From the IMG/VR virus record IMGVR_UViG_3300028840_003906: 64,000 nucleotides of DNA, one strand, 5' to 3'. The notes beneath the pieces were generated by a model, which worked only from the letters and a program-made list of their open reading frames with translations, did not search any database and was not told the DNA's origin. This DNA is from a virus. Positions 1 through 15,960 of this stretch are shown piece after piece; the stretch's first letter is position 1, and each line of letters begins with the position of its first letter. The position numbers and the translations under genes were made by a program.

Positions 1-1
1 A

Positions 2-226
2 GACAAGGTGGTCAACTTCGCCTCGACGAAACGACCGTGCGGGCGCAACGCGCGTACGAAGGGCAAGAACATCCGCTGCTGGGACGGGTCTGCGATGGAG
101 GCTGTATCCACGATTCTCGTGAAGAAGAACGGGATGCAGCAGATCGAGGATGCGGAGCTGGAGATGATGATCCGGGTGCTTGACGGCATCGAAGAGGATC
201 GCAAGCTCATCGCTGCGAAACAATGA
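2..226 (+). CDS. 5'-truncated hypothetical protein (head/neck module)
   Basis: Frame is open from the window edge to TGA at 226; lies just upstream of the neck-like gene. Confidence 0.5.
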   Translation, partial: DKVVNFASTKRPCGRNARTKGKNIRCWDGSAMEAVSTILVKKNGMQQIEDAELEMMIRVLDGIEEDRKLIAAKQ

Positions 227-229
227 TTC

Positions 230-778
230 ATGGCTCGCGTCTACTTCAACGAGGAGGCTGAGTACCTTCGGTCTCTCGAAGAGGAGCGGATAGAGCTTGT
301 CGGCCCCGATTGCGAATACTACACGCTGAATCGCGGGAAGAACGTAGACGCGCTCTACGGCGAGCCGACGAATGATCCGCTCTATGGGGGGTCCTCTCCG
401 CGTGGGAGCGATTCTGACTCCAACGAGTCCTGGAACTTCTGTCCTGACATTTTGGTTGGGGAAGAGCCGATCACGTTTCCGGTGGCGATCGAGTATCAAG
501 AATCTGACAATCGAACTCCGATGGTGAGAACGGAGGGTTTTCACTATGAGTACGATGCGATCGTTGCGATTTCGAGAAATCACTGGGAGTGCGCGTGGGA
601 AGACACGACGTGCGCAGGGCGAGAGCCCAAGGAAGGGGATGTAATTTATCTCTTTGGTGAGTGGTGGGATGTTGTGAAAGCCGGGCGAAGCGGGTATATT
701 TTGGATTCGCCGGACTTCGTTGGTTACAAGCTGGAGCTGAAGAAACGCACACAATTCACTCCAGACAGAAAGGTCTGA
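230..778 (+). CDS. neck/head-completion protein (T4 gp14-like)
   Basis: YYTLNR..DALYGEP and PKEGDVIY motifs resemble gp14-type neck proteins; structural context. Confidence 0.55.
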   Translation: MARVYFNEEAEYLRSLEEERIELVGPDCEYYTLNRGKNVDALYGEPTNDPLYGGSSPRGSDSDSNESWNFCPDILVGEEPITFPVAIEYQESDNRTPMVRTEGFHYEYDAIVAISRNHWECAWEDTTCAGREPKEGDVIYLFGEWWDVVKAGRSGYILDSPDFVGYKLELKKRTQFTPDRKV

Positions 779-779
779 G

Positions 780-6454
<5,675 letters not shown>

Positions 6455-6463
6455 GAGTTTGAA

Positions 6464-7906
6464 ATGAGTAAGCCCGACATTAGTTCTGACGTTCTACAAT
6501 TCATCGATGCAAATGTGATTGTCACAGATCCTGACACCGGAAAGAAGGGGACATTTGCAATGATGCAGATGCTCGTGAATCGTCGCGAGTTATTTAATGA
6601 TGCCCAGAATCCATTGCATGTTGATGGCTTTGTCCCTCTGGTAGGTGAGAATGGATCTGTGACAAATCTGAACGCCATCCACGGGAAGCTCGGGTGGCAC
6701 AACCAGCAGGTGCATGGGGCTCTCTGGCAGAAGCCGTCTGATCTCTTGATCTTCTACGGGTATCCCAACTCGTTCAATAGTGCGGTCAACGGGTGGGACA
6801 ATGAGAAGGTTGCCAGAGACATGGCTCAGTACGGGTTGATTGTCCTGGGTGATGGTCTCCAGACTCTTCTGGCGTCCGGGTCGCATGATGGTTCGAGTGG
6901 GGCCTCCACGCTCACTGACTCAACGGCAAGTTGGACAACTGATGAGTTCGTTGGGAAAAAGATTGTGAATGTGACCGACGGGAGCACTGGATCGATTACA
7001 GCCAACACGGCTACCACGATCACAGCAACCCTTTCTGGTGGAACGGAGAACGACTGGGACGCTGGGGATGAGTACCGTGTGGCCAACCATGCCGACTATG
7101 CAAATGTCTTCAAGATCGTTCCGAGGATCAAGCAGTACAACCCATCGGCGAAGATCTTTGGGTACGTGACTGTGAACCAGACGCTCGCGAACTTCGAAGA
7201 CAAGGCTGACGATTGGGATGCTCTGGGTGTAGATGGCATCTTTATGGACGAGGCCGGGTACGACTACGGGACGACAGCTACGAATGACCGGGACGCATTC
7301 AACGCCAAGGTGGACTACGTTCATGCGTTGAGCAGTGCGAGCACCTGCTTCGCGAACGCCTGGAATATGGATCACATTATCGGAACCGCGAACGATCCTA
7401 GTAAGCCGAACACGACGTGGAACCCAGATCTGGAAGAGTCGAGTCTCACGGCAGATGACTGGTACCTGCTTGAGAGCTGGCCGGTCAATACGGATTCGTA
7501 TACCTCTAGCACTCCGGTGGGATACGAGGCGAAGGCGGACTGGGCTGCGCGAGGAGTGAAGGCACAGGGGCACAGGGCGACGTACGGGATCAACCTTGCG
7601 GCGTCTGGCATTATCAACAACAGCAACACGGGTGGTCAGGACCTCTTCGACTTCCTGTTCGTGAGCGCGATGATGTTTGCGATGGACGCTGTTGGTTCGA
7701 GTGACGCGAGCTACGCATCTTCGAGTTCTGCTGTGGACTGGTGGACCAGACCTGACGTCAGTAAGATGGGGGCATTGTATTCCCTGAACGCATCTGTCAT
7801 AGAGGACTCTGGGGATGCAGATGTGTACTGGCGGTACACGGAGTTCGGGCGCTTCAAGCTGGACTTCTCTAGCAGTGCCCAGGACGCGACGGTCGAGAAA
7901 AGGTAG
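6464..7906 (+). CDS. TIM-barrel glycoside hydrolase-like protein (GH114/spherulin-4-like) with an inserted beta domain
   Basis: KIFGYV..GVDGIFMDEAGYDYG..FANAWN..YLLES pattern. Confidence 0.55.
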   Translation: MSKPDISSDVLQFIDANVIVTDPDTGKKGTFAMMQMLVNRRELFNDAQNPLHVDGFVPLVGENGSVTNLNAIHGKLGWHNQQVHGALWQKPSDLLIFYGYPNSFNSAVNGWDNEKVARDMAQYGLIVLGDGLQTLLASGSHDGSSGASTLTDSTASWTTDEFVGKKIVNVTDGSTGSITANTATTITATLSGGTENDWDAGDEYRVANHADYANVFKIVPRIKQYNPSAKIFGYVTVNQTLANFEDKADDWDALGVDGIFMDEAGYDYGTTATNDRDAFNAKVDYVHALSSASTCFANAWNMDHIIGTANDPSKPNTTWNPDLEESSLTADDWYLLESWPVNTDSYTSSTPVGYEAKADWAARGVKAQGHRATYGINLAASGIINNSNTGGQDLFDFLFVSAMMFAMDAVGSSDASYASSSSAVDWWTRPDVSKMGALYSLNASVIEDSGDADVYWRYTEFGRFKLDFSSSAQDATVEKR

Positions 7907-7921
7907 GCTGAATCTGGGAGG

Positions 7922-9568
7922 TTGTTGATGCTGTCTTTGGCGATGGTTGTGAAGGATGAAGTGCTGACGATTGAGCGTGTGATCGAGTCGGTCAGCGGGG
8001 TGGTCGACGAGATCGTCGTCGGCGTGGACACTGAATCCTCAGACGGAACCCGGAAAATTGTAGAGAGGCTTGCCGATAAGGTGATCGATGTCGACCTGTC
8101 CAGGGAGCTTCGGGAGAAGGGGTCTGTTTGTGGGGATGAAGACTGGGGGTTCTCGAAGGCTCGGAACACAGTGATCGAGGCATGTGATCCGGAGAACTGG
8201 AAACTGATTTTGGATGGTCATGAGTTTGTCAGGAACCCGGATGTGCTCATGGGCGAACTTGAGTTCGCTTTCGGGCGCTTTGACGGGGTCACTGTGTCCG
8301 TTCACTTTGAGCCGGACTCGTACGGCATCCCCGTGGAGATCTTCGAGTCTGCGCGGGTCCTGGGGCCTTCAGTGCGGTACAAGAACCCGATTCACAACGT
8401 TCCCGTGATCGGGAGGATGTATTATGCCAAATCGGTGGTGGTCGAGCACATGAAGCAAAAACAGGACAGATCTGCGAAGGTCGCTCGGGACGTTCAGCGT
8501 GCAGATTCGAATATTCAGGCGTTCATGGAAAAGGTCTCGAAGGATCCTGCGGATTCAAGAAGCTGGTTCTATCTAGCGACAGCGTACAAGGAATCATCCA
8601 TGTGGCCGCAGGCGATAAACGCGTACAGCGAGTATCTGAAGGTGTCCAGCTGGAAAGAGGAGAGGTGTCACGCGCGTATGAGAATGGGCGCATGTCTTGA
8701 TCGCCTTGGAGAATTCGACAGTGCGCATTCCCAGTTCGCGCTTGCGATCCAGGAGTTTCCTCAGATGGCGGAGCCTTACTACTATCTCGGGCACCTGACG
8801 CACAAGCTGGGACGGTACCATGAGGCGCAGGTCTGGCTTGAGCGCTGTGTCCAGATGGAGATGCCGAACTGCTCGCTCTTCCTCACGCCAAAGATCTACA
8901 AGGTTGATCGCTACGACAAGCTTTCGATGGTCTACCATCACCTGGGGCACTTTGGCCGAGCGATCAAGATGGCGGAGAAGGCTCTCGAATCGGCGAGCAT
9001 CAAGAGGATCTATGACAACGTTGAGTTCTGGAGGGGGCACATCCGAAGGCATGGCGGAGAATACTACGACCAGGTCTGGGAGGGCAGCTGCGATCCGTCT
9101 GATCTTGAAGAGCGCAGGATGGGTGTCATGGGAAAAGCGGTGTATCAGGCTTCGCGAGTCCTGGATGTCGGGTGCGGCCCCGGCCATATGATGGGGCACG
9201 TTTGTCCTGCGTCTGAGTATGTGGGGGTGGACGTCTCCGAGCATGTCAGAGACATCATTCAGGAGCGTGGGCGCGAGTGTTTTGTGAGCTTGGAGGATGT
9301 CCCGGATTACCGCTTTGATGCGTGCCTGCTTGGGGAGATCGTCGAGCACGTCGAGGACGATCTTGAGTTCGTTCTATCGCTGCGGAAGAAGCTCAAGGAT
9401 GGGGCTGTTGTCGTGGCGAGTGTCCCGAGGTATTGCTCGATGCGTGACCCGGCGCACACCAGGGATTACACTGAGGGTGAGTTCATGGAGCTGATGGGAC
9501 ACCTTGGAAAAACCGAGATGTTGGATCCGATTGGTCCGTGGATGATCAGCAAGACTGTGATAGGATAG
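7922..9568 (+). CDS. GT2 glycosyltransferase-TPR-class I SAM methyltransferase fusion
   Basis: LSLAMVVKDE..DEIVVGVDTESSDGT (GT2), TPR helices (SWFYLA, PYYYLG), VLDVGCGPG and EIVEHVED (methyltransferase). Confidence 0.85.
   Translation: MLMLSLAMVVKDEVLTIERVIESVSGVVDEIVVGVDTESSDGTRKIVERLADKVIDVDLSRELREKGSVCGDEDWGFSKARNTVIEACDPENWKLILDGHEFVRNPDVLMGELEFAFGRFDGVTVSVHFEPDSYGIPVEIFESARVLGPSVRYKNPIHNVPVIGRMYYAKSVVVEHMKQKQDRSAKVARDVQRADSNIQAFMEKVSKDPADSRSWFYLATAYKESSMWPQAINAYSEYLKVSSWKEERCHARMRMGACLDRLGEFDSAHSQFALAIQEFPQMAEPYYYLGHLTHKLGRYHEAQVWLERCVQMEMPNCSLFLTPKIYKVDRYDKLSMVYHHLGHFGRAIKMAEKALESASIKRIYDNVEFWRGHIRRHGGEYYDQVWEGSCDPSDLEERRMGVMGKAVYQASRVLDVGCGPGHMMGHVCPASEYVGVDVSEHVRDIIQERGRECFVSLEDVPDYRFDACLLGEIVEHVEDDLEFVLSLRKKLKDGAVVVASVPRYCSMRDPAHTRDYTEGEFMELMGHLGKTEMLDPIGPWMISKTVIG
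8254..8267. repeat. CGAAC-N4-GTTCG palindrome (in CDS)
   Basis: CGAACTTGAGTTCG. Confidence 0.6.
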
Positions 9569-9584
9569 CCGGAGAGGTGATGAT

Positions 9585-10079
9585 GTGATTCTGATTGACC
9601 TGAACCAAAGCGAAGTGACCCTTCAGGTTTATGCCATGAATCCGGACGGATCTCAGAAGCTCGATGTGACTTCAGGGACCGTCCGCGTGTACTACATGAA
9701 CGCTGGTGTCGAGCAGGAGGTTCTCGCGGCGACGCCCCTGGTTCAGGTCGGAGCGACCAATGTCTGGCGGTACACTTGGAACCCTGCGTCTCTTCCGGTG
9801 AGGGAGTACGTTGCCGAGTACAAGATCAATGACGTGGTGAGGTCGGCGAAGATCAGCGAGGACGTTGTGGTTCGTGACATTGCCACTCAGACAGACCTCC
9901 TGATCATCAAGGCGGATGTCGAGTTGATCAAGAAGGTGGAGACGGGGCGTTGGAAGATCGAGAGCAACCAGATGACCTTCTATGATGACGATGGCGTGAC
10001 TCCGTTGCTGGTCTACAACCTGTACGATGACGCTGGTGTTCCGTCGATGACGGATGTGTTCGAGAGAAGGGAACCGTGA
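9585..10079 (+). CDS. virion structural protein (Ig-like)
   Basis: RBS GGAGAGG; beta-rich sequence; structural operon. Confidence 0.6.
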   Translation: MILIDLNQSEVTLQVYAMNPDGSQKLDVTSGTVRVYYMNAGVEQEVLAATPLVQVGATNVWRYTWNPASLPVREYVAEYKINDVVRSAKISEDVVVRDIATQTDLLIIKADVELIKKVETGRWKIESNQMTFYDDDGVTPLLVYNLYDDAGVPSMTDVFERREP

Positions 10080-10243
10080 ACAGGATCATCACGAGAGGGA
10101 TGGGGCCGCGCCACCTCCTGGTGACCAGGGGGTACGGGATTAGTAGTGCGGTTCAGAAGTTCCGCGAGATTCTCAACCTCGTCTCGAAAATCGGGACGAG
10201 TCTTTCGTTGGTGTCGAAATGGAAGAAGACAGACTGTGCCTGA
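10076..10243 (+). CDS. small hypothetical protein (55 aa, not in the ORF track)
   Basis: GTG start overlaps the previous stop (GTGA); MNRIITRGMGPRHLLVTRGYG. Confidence 0.45.
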   Translation: MNRIITRGMGPRHLLVTRGYGISSAVQKFREILNLVSKIGTSLSLVSKWKKTDCA

Positions 10244-10374
10244 CATCGAAGATCGGATCCATTGTGGATGAGGGGATATCCCTGGTCTCCCAGGTGTCTC
10301 CTTCTCTGGAGCTGGTATCCAAGACGTCGGATGGGCTTGAACTGGTTTCAAAGATAGAGGTGGAAGAGATATGA
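10219..10374 (+). CDS. small hypothetical protein (51 aa, LVSK repeats)
   Basis: Stop overlaps the next start (ATGA); fills the gap. Confidence 0.4.
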   Translation: MEEDRLCLTSKIGSIVDEGISLVSQVSPSLELVSKTSDGLELVSKIEVEEI

Positions 10375-10679
10375 GTTGTGATGCAGCATGTAGTGGTCCC
10401 AGCAACTATTTCGTTGGGGATGCCGGAACATTGATCACCGTTGATACGTGCAGTGACATCACGGCGGCGACGCTTGCTGCCCTGGATGTGATGAAGCCGG
10501 ACGGGTCCACGGATCGATGGGTTGGCTCAGTGGTGGACACTACAAAGATTCAGTACGTCGTGAGTGTTGGTGACTTTGACCAAGTCGGGGAGTACCGACT
10601 CCAGGCGTACATTGAGATGCCAGGGTGGCAGGGCTGGGGGAACACCGTGACGTTCAAGGTCTCTGCACGGTTCCAATAA
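10371..10679 (+). CDS. BppU N-terminal-like structural protein
   Basis: KPDG..W..IQY..GDFDQVGEYRLQAYIE pattern. Confidence 0.55.
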   Translation: MSCDAACSGPSNYFVGDAGTLITVDTCSDITAATLAALDVMKPDGSTDRWVGSVVDTTKIQYVVSVGDFDQVGEYRLQAYIEMPGWQGWGNTVTFKVSARFQ

Positions 10680-11545
10680 TGGCGAAGAAGATCAGGTTCA
10701 AGAAGCCGAGGATTTCGACGAACTCTCCTGTTCTTGGGATGTTTGGGCTCCGGAGCTACGTCAAAACTTTCAACCTCATGGCGAAAGACATGCCAAAGCG
10801 GATGCAGCGTGGTCGGCAGCTGTTTTTGCTCTCGGTTGGTGGCATGGTTCGCGATAGCGTGCAGCGTCTTGCGCCTGAGATTGACATGGGCGATGAGGGG
10901 TTTGAGTACAAGGAGCATCTGAAGGTTGCCCTGGTGAGTGGAGAGGTGGACGGAATGGATGCGGTGGCCATCTTCTTCGATAATGCGAAAGTCAAGCTCA
11001 GCTCCGAGAACATGGATCAGAAGGTTCTCTATTTCCAGGCGACAGAGAGGTCTCCAGAGTGGGTGAATGTGCTCATGGTGTATGGCCCGTGGCCTGCGAC
11101 GATGGTGCCTGTTCCGTTTGACAACATGGATGCGAAGGTTGTCTCGCGGAATGCCAGGGAGGACGAGATAAAGGCGCTTGCGGGGCGTCTGTACGTGAAG
11201 CGTGGGGACATAGAGACGGACCTTCGCAGGGCCGGTGCGACGAAGGTGACGATCGACAAGACGCCTCACGGGGCGGGTATTGTGGTTCATGAAGATGTCG
11301 GATATAATGTTTTGCGTGCTGAGTTTGGTTTTGACGGTGAGTCCCAGAAGGCGCACTGGAGGCCAGCTCTGAAAGAGGTGAAGGGGAAGGTTCCAGATCT
11401 GATGAAGCGGTACCTCATGTATCTCAAAACTGGCCGGGAGAGTTTTTTTGAATTGCCATCTGATATCGTGCGCGCTACGGTATCAGAGTTGAACAAAGGG
11501 GCGAAGTTCGCGAGTGAATTGGCCCCGTTTGCCCCGAAAGGGTAG
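10679..11545 (+). CDS. tail completion / hypothetical structural protein
   Basis: ATG overlaps the previous TAA (TAATG); 288 aa ORF. Confidence 0.6.
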   Translation: MAKKIRFKKPRISTNSPVLGMFGLRSYVKTFNLMAKDMPKRMQRGRQLFLLSVGGMVRDSVQRLAPEIDMGDEGFEYKEHLKVALVSGEVDGMDAVAIFFDNAKVKLSSENMDQKVLYFQATERSPEWVNVLMVYGPWPATMVPVPFDNMDAKVVSRNAREDEIKALAGRLYVKRGDIETDLRRAGATKVTIDKTPHGAGIVVHEDVGYNVLRAEFGFDGESQKAHWRPALKEVKGKVPDLMKRYLMYLKTGRESFFELPSDIVRATVSELNKGAKFASELAPFAPKG

Positions 11546-11560
11546 TTGAAAGGTGAAGTG

Positions 11561-11848
11561 ATGCCAGAAGTTTCAAGGTTGGACGATCTGAATTCGACAT
11601 TGGTTGGTGTGGAGAACGAGCTTCTAAAGCGGAAGGTGCAGCGCCAGGACGACACAATCGACGGCGCCATGGACATCATCAACAAGGCCGCAGAGGATGG
11701 CGCGATCGAAGTCAAGGATTGCGACGGTTGTGGCGGGGACGAACCGGATCCGGATGGTGGTTCAGAGGAAGAGCCCGAGGGCGGCGATGGGGATGACGGT
11801 GGAGATGATGGCGACGGCGGTGACGATGGTGGCGGCGAGGGCGACTGA
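11561..11848 (+). CDS. acidic hypothetical protein
   Basis: D/G/E-rich tail; in operon. Confidence 0.55.
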   Translation: MPEVSRLDDLNSTLVGVENELLKRKVQRQDDTIDGAMDIINKAAEDGAIEVKDCDGCGGDEPDPDGGSEEEPEGGDGDDGGDDGDGGDDGGGEGD

Positions 11849-11851
11849 AAA

Positions 11852-11865
11852 CGAACTCAAGTTCG
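11852..11865. repeat. CGAAC-N4-GTTCG palindrome
   Basis: CGAACTCAAGTTCG, 3 nt after a stop codon. Confidence 0.85.
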
Positions 11866-11877
11866 CAGAGGGTCTGA

Positions 11878-12624
11878 ATGAGCATACTTGGAACAGTGAG
11901 CCTTCGTGATTGGGACGAAGGATGCATGAAGACCCTTGGGGCGGACATTTCAACATACCAGGTGGACGGAGACACGCGCGCGATCTACACGGTGGACGTG
12001 CCGTACCTCGATTCCGGCTTTGCAGACTTGGGCGACAGGGTTCCAGTCCAGTTCCAGGATCCGGAGGATGTGTACCAGCCGTTCGTCTTGCCGTGTTTTC
12101 AGTTTCGTCAGAACGATCTGACGCCTGCGTTTGACAGACATCCCTGGTACACGTGGGTCGCCCGTGCACCGGCTGATGACGCTGTGGAGATCATCCTCCC
12201 GGACGGAACGAAGGGGTACGACAAGTACAAGAACCAGTGGAGGGCGACTCAGTTCGACATCACGTACGATTGTATGGTGCTTGCCAGGCGTAAGCAGGAG
12301 GCGCTCCTCATGCTCTTCTACGCTCTTCGGCACTTCATCCCACCTTGGTTCATTTTCAAAGTTGTTGACAGCAAGGGTGATGTGCGAGAATATGATGCAG
12401 GAGAGATGACAATTTCGAATACTTCGGAGTTGGCGGACATCGCGGAGAGGACAGTGAGCTACACGATCTCATTCACGGTCAGAGCGGAGGTTGACATCCA
12501 CGATGATCGTGTGTTCGCAGCCATGGTCGAACCGCATGTGACTTACGCACGGTACACACCCTCTGAGATTTCAGAAATCAACCAGAAGAATCGGGACGTC
12601 CGTCTCGGTATCTCAGAAAGCTAG
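11878..12624 (+). CDS. tail terminator / sheath-completion protein (gp15/Pvc16-like)
   Basis: LPCFQF..FDITY fold pattern; lies just upstream of the sheath gene. Confidence 0.55.
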   Translation: MSILGTVSLRDWDEGCMKTLGADISTYQVDGDTRAIYTVDVPYLDSGFADLGDRVPVQFQDPEDVYQPFVLPCFQFRQNDLTPAFDRHPWYTWVARAPADDAVEIILPDGTKGYDKYKNQWRATQFDITYDCMVLARRKQEALLMLFYALRHFIPPWFIFKVVDSKGDVREYDAGEMTISNTSELADIAERTVSYTISFTVRAEVDIHDDRVFAAMVEPHVTYARYTPSEISEINQKNRDVRLGISES

Positions 12625-12632
12625 GAGGAATC

Positions 12633-13136
12633 ATGCCGTGGTTTTACTATTCAGGAAATGTCCCTCGATCGGTACAGGTGAAAAAAGGTCTTTCGATTGC
12701 CTTGAAGCCTCACAGTAAGGTTGAGATCTTCGACGTGAACACCCCCGAGGTGAAGGCACTCAAGAAAAAGGGAGATCTTCGTCTGACTTCGAAGCCGAAG
12801 GGTGCTGTTTCACTGAAGGATGCCCCGACGATGTCCGCGAAGGATGTCGAGAAGGTCACCCCGAAGTCGAATCTCGCGAAGGTTGTCGCGGAGAAGGGTG
12901 TGACCGGAAAGAAGGGGCAGACGCCGAAGTCGAAGAAGCCCGAGATGACAGAGGGTGAGACGCAGGCTGCCTCGAAAAACAAACCGGTCGAAGAGTCCAA
13001 GCCCGACACTAAGGGATCGGACGTCGAAAAAGCTGAAGATGTTGACGTGTTGTCGAATGCTGAAAGTGGCCCCGATGGAGATGGGGACGGCAAGAAAAAG
13101 AAAGCAAGAAAAGGCCGTGGCCGCAAAGGTCAGTAG
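12633..13136 (+). CDS. Lys-rich hypothetical protein
   Basis: RBS AGGAGG; basic low-complexity sequence. Confidence 0.6.
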   Translation: MPWFYYSGNVPRSVQVKKGLSIALKPHSKVEIFDVNTPEVKALKKKGDLRLTSKPKGAVSLKDAPTMSAKDVEKVTPKSNLAKVVAEKGVTGKKGQTPKSKKPEMTEGETQAASKNKPVEESKPDTKGSDVEKAEDVDVLSNAESGPDGDGDGKKKKARKGRGRKGQ

Positions 13137-13161
13137 GTCCTAGACAACACGGAGACAGAAA

Positions 13162-15942
13162 ATGCCCGAGTACACTTACCCTGGCCCACGAATCCAAGAA
13201 GTATCAGGTGGTCCTGGCCCGATCGCAGGGGTTTCGACATCGAATCTCGGCCTGATCGGCTTCACAAAGAAGGGACCCGTCGACGAGCCGATTCTGTCGA
13301 CGAGCTTCAATGAGTTCAAGGCTTCCTTCGGTGACTTCACTGAGGACGGCCTGACCCCGACGATGGCGTATGCCTTCTTCCAGAACGGTGGCCAGCGGCT
13401 CTACACGGTGCGTGTGACTGCCTCGGATGCCGAGGATGCGCTCTGGGATTACCTCTACTCGATCACGAGTGCGAGCCCTGAGGAGCTTGGCGACACCGCC
13501 GAGGGGACCGGAATCTACAGCCTGCAGATCGACAATGCTCCGATCGATCCGACCAGTGTTGAGATCACGTTCAACAGCGGATCTACGGACAATGTGTTCA
13601 CCGACGCTGCTGGCGATGGCGTTCTCACGAAGACGAGCGGCGCGGGATCTGGCGGGACGGGTTCGATCAACTACACCACAGGTGAAGTGAGCATCACCCT
13701 CGCCGTGCCTGGAGACTACACGGGTGGCGCGGACAAGATCGAGGCCGTGTACGACTACGTGGTGTTCCAGTTCCGGATGAAGTGGCCGGGCGAGGCTGGG
13801 AACTACTACCGCGTGAGCATCGTGCCTGGAGACAGCGACTACCTCACTCAGGCGACCGCTTCCTACAGCAGGTTCACGGTCCTGGTCGAGGAGGATACCG
13901 ACGCTGGTGTGACCGGTGTTCCGTCTTGGGTGACGGTCGAGCAGTTCACCGACCTCGTGTTCAACGACACGAGCAGCCCGAACTACATCGAGACGGTCAT
14001 CAATGCCGACTACAACGGATCGGACATCATCGAGGTCGTCGGTTACGGCAACGAGATGAATCCTCCTGAGCTGCAGGGGACCCAGGTCACCGCAGAGGAC
14101 TTCTCGGGAACGATGGTCCATTCGGATGGATCTTCCGCGTCGACACCGGACGTCTACGATGGGCTCTGGAAGGGGTGGACGTACGATCTGGCCAACGGAT
14201 GCTTCCCGACGACGTTCGATGCGAGCTTCAAGTTCTCGGATGGCGCGATCTACGCTTCCGGCGCGGATGACTCGGGTGGATCAGGAAACGCTTTCCTGAC
14301 CGACTCGACGGCGGCGTGGCCGGTGAACGGCCTGGTCGGTCTGATTCTGTACAACACAGCCGACGGAAGCCATGGTGTCATCACGGCGAATACCGCGACG
14401 ACGGCGACGGCGACTCTGGCCGGTGGTACCGGGAACGACTGGGACGACACCGACACCTACGAGATCCGGGCTCCTTTGAGGATCGGAACGGGTGCGGCGG
14501 GTCCGGTTGCGGTGGCGGATGTTGTTTCACCTGGAAGCACTTCTGTCCCGGCGGCGATCACTCCGAGTTCGGTGAAGATCACTGTTCAGCTGACCACGGC
14601 TGGATCCCAGGTTATCGTCGATGACGGATCTGGAAACCTGTGGGATGGTGTGGCTGGTGCATGTGGAACGATCGACTACACGACGGGCCAGATTGCCTAC
14701 TCCGGTACCGATGATCAGATCGACATCAGCGGTGTCACGGCGTGGGCCGCCGACACGATCGTTGCTGGTGCTCCGATTTGGTTCGCGTGCGACTACGCGA
14801 CTGCGATCTCGGTTGTGGACGACGGTGATGGGAATCTGTCGCTCAACACGACACAGGCGACTGGGTACCCGCAGAAGTTCATCTTGGACGAGAACGGCAC
14901 CAACGAGATCGACTACGACACTGGCGGGTTCACTCTGACGTGGGCCGTCTCCGGATCCCCGGCGCTTGGACCGGGTGGCGCGACTGCTCAGACGGCGGAC
15001 TACTACACGCAGCCTGACGAGAGCGTGACGGGGCAGATGACGGGCGGATCCGACGGCTCGGCCCTGACATCGAATGATGTCGTTGGGGCGACCCTGGCGG
15101 CGGACCAGCGCGGTCTGTGGGCGTTCGGCAAGGTGGATGAGCTGATGCAGCTCGTGGCCTCGGACTTCCAGACGGACACGACGGTTGCCGACTCGCTGAT
15201 CACCTACGCCGAGCTGAACAAGGACAAGTTCGTGATCCTGACGGTCCCGGCAGGTCTCACTCCGCAGGAGGCGGTCAACTGGAAGAAGTTCCAGCTGCAG
15301 AAGTTCACCTCCTACGCGGCGCTGTACTACCCGCACATCAAGATCATCGACCCGGTCACCGAGGTGGCCACAGATGTTCCTTGCGGTGGTCACGTCGCGG
15401 GTGTGTACGCGCGAACGGACATCACGAAGAACGTCGGCAAGGCTCCGGCTGGTGTCGAGGATGGGAAGATCAACTGGGCGGTTGGACTGGAGCTGGATCT
15501 CACCAGGGACCAGGTCGGCGTCTGCTACCCGGAGAAGATCAACTGCCTCGTTCAGTGGCCGCAGACCGGACGTTGCGTCTGGGGCGCTCGTACCCTCGAT
15601 ATCGCGGGTGGAGAGTGGCCGTACATCCAGATGCGGCGCCTGTTCATGTTCTGCGAGAAGTCGGTGTTCAACGCGACGCACACGCATGTGTTCAAGAACA
15701 ACGGTCCTTCTCTGTGGGCCGCGATCCGGACCCAGGTTTCGAGCTTCCTTCTGGGGCTCTACCAGGCCGGATACTTCGCCGGAACCAGCGCAGAGGATGC
15801 GTTCTACGTGATCTGCGACCGGACGAACAACCCGCAGAACACGGTGGATCAGGGGCTCGTTTTCTGCGACATCGGTATCGCACCGAACAAGCCTGCGGAA
15901 TTCATAGTATTCCGGTTCCAGCAGAAGGCTCTGACCGCGTAA
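13162..15942 (+). CDS. contractile tail sheath protein with multiple inserted domains
   Basis: N-terminal YPGPRIQE..GPVDEP..AYAFFQNGG; C-terminal YAALYYP..VAGVYARTD..KAPAG..WGART..KPAEFIVFRF. Confidence 0.95.
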   Translation: MPEYTYPGPRIQEVSGGPGPIAGVSTSNLGLIGFTKKGPVDEPILSTSFNEFKASFGDFTEDGLTPTMAYAFFQNGGQRLYTVRVTASDAEDALWDYLYSITSASPEELGDTAEGTGIYSLQIDNAPIDPTSVEITFNSGSTDNVFTDAAGDGVLTKTSGAGSGGTGSINYTTGEVSITLAVPGDYTGGADKIEAVYDYVVFQFRMKWPGEAGNYYRVSIVPGDSDYLTQATASYSRFTVLVEEDTDAGVTGVPSWVTVEQFTDLVFNDTSSPNYIETVINADYNGSDIIEVVGYGNEMNPPELQGTQVTAEDFSGTMVHSDGSSASTPDVYDGLWKGWTYDLANGCFPTTFDASFKFSDGAIYASGADDSGGSGNAFLTDSTAAWPVNGLVGLILYNTADGSHGVITANTATTATATLAGGTGNDWDDTDTYEIRAPLRIGTGAAGPVAVADVVSPGSTSVPAAITPSSVKITVQLTTAGSQVIVDDGSGNLWDGVAGACGTIDYTTGQIAYSGTDDQIDISGVTAWAADTIVAGAPIWFACDYATAISVVDDGDGNLSLNTTQATGYPQKFILDENGTNEIDYDTGGFTLTWAVSGSPALGPGGATAQTADYYTQPDESVTGQMTGGSDGSALTSNDVVGATLAADQRGLWAFGKVDELMQLVASDFQTDTTVADSLITYAELNKDKFVILTVPAGLTPQEAVNWKKFQLQKFTSYAALYYPHIKIIDPVTEVATDVPCGGHVAGVYARTDITKNVGKAPAGVEDGKINWAVGLELDLTRDQVGVCYPEKINCLVQWPQTGRCVWGARTLDIAGGEWPYIQMRRLFMFCEKSVFNATHTHVFKNNGPSLWAAIRTQVSSFLLGLYQAGYFAGTSAEDAFYVICDRTNNPQNTVDQGLVFCDIGIAPNKPAEFIVFRFQQKALTA

Positions 15943-15960
15943 GCGGGATAGGGGATTGAG

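Noticed and set aside
9358-9371. Near-match CGATCTTGAGTTCG to the palindrome
   Set aside because: It has one arm mismatch and lies inside a CDS encoding DLEF, so it may reflect codon choice and was not counted.
10076-10374. Frameshift fusion of two small overlapping ORFs sharing LVSK motifs
   Set aside because: There is no canonical slippery heptamer at the overlap and each ORF has a usable start. Left as two small genes.
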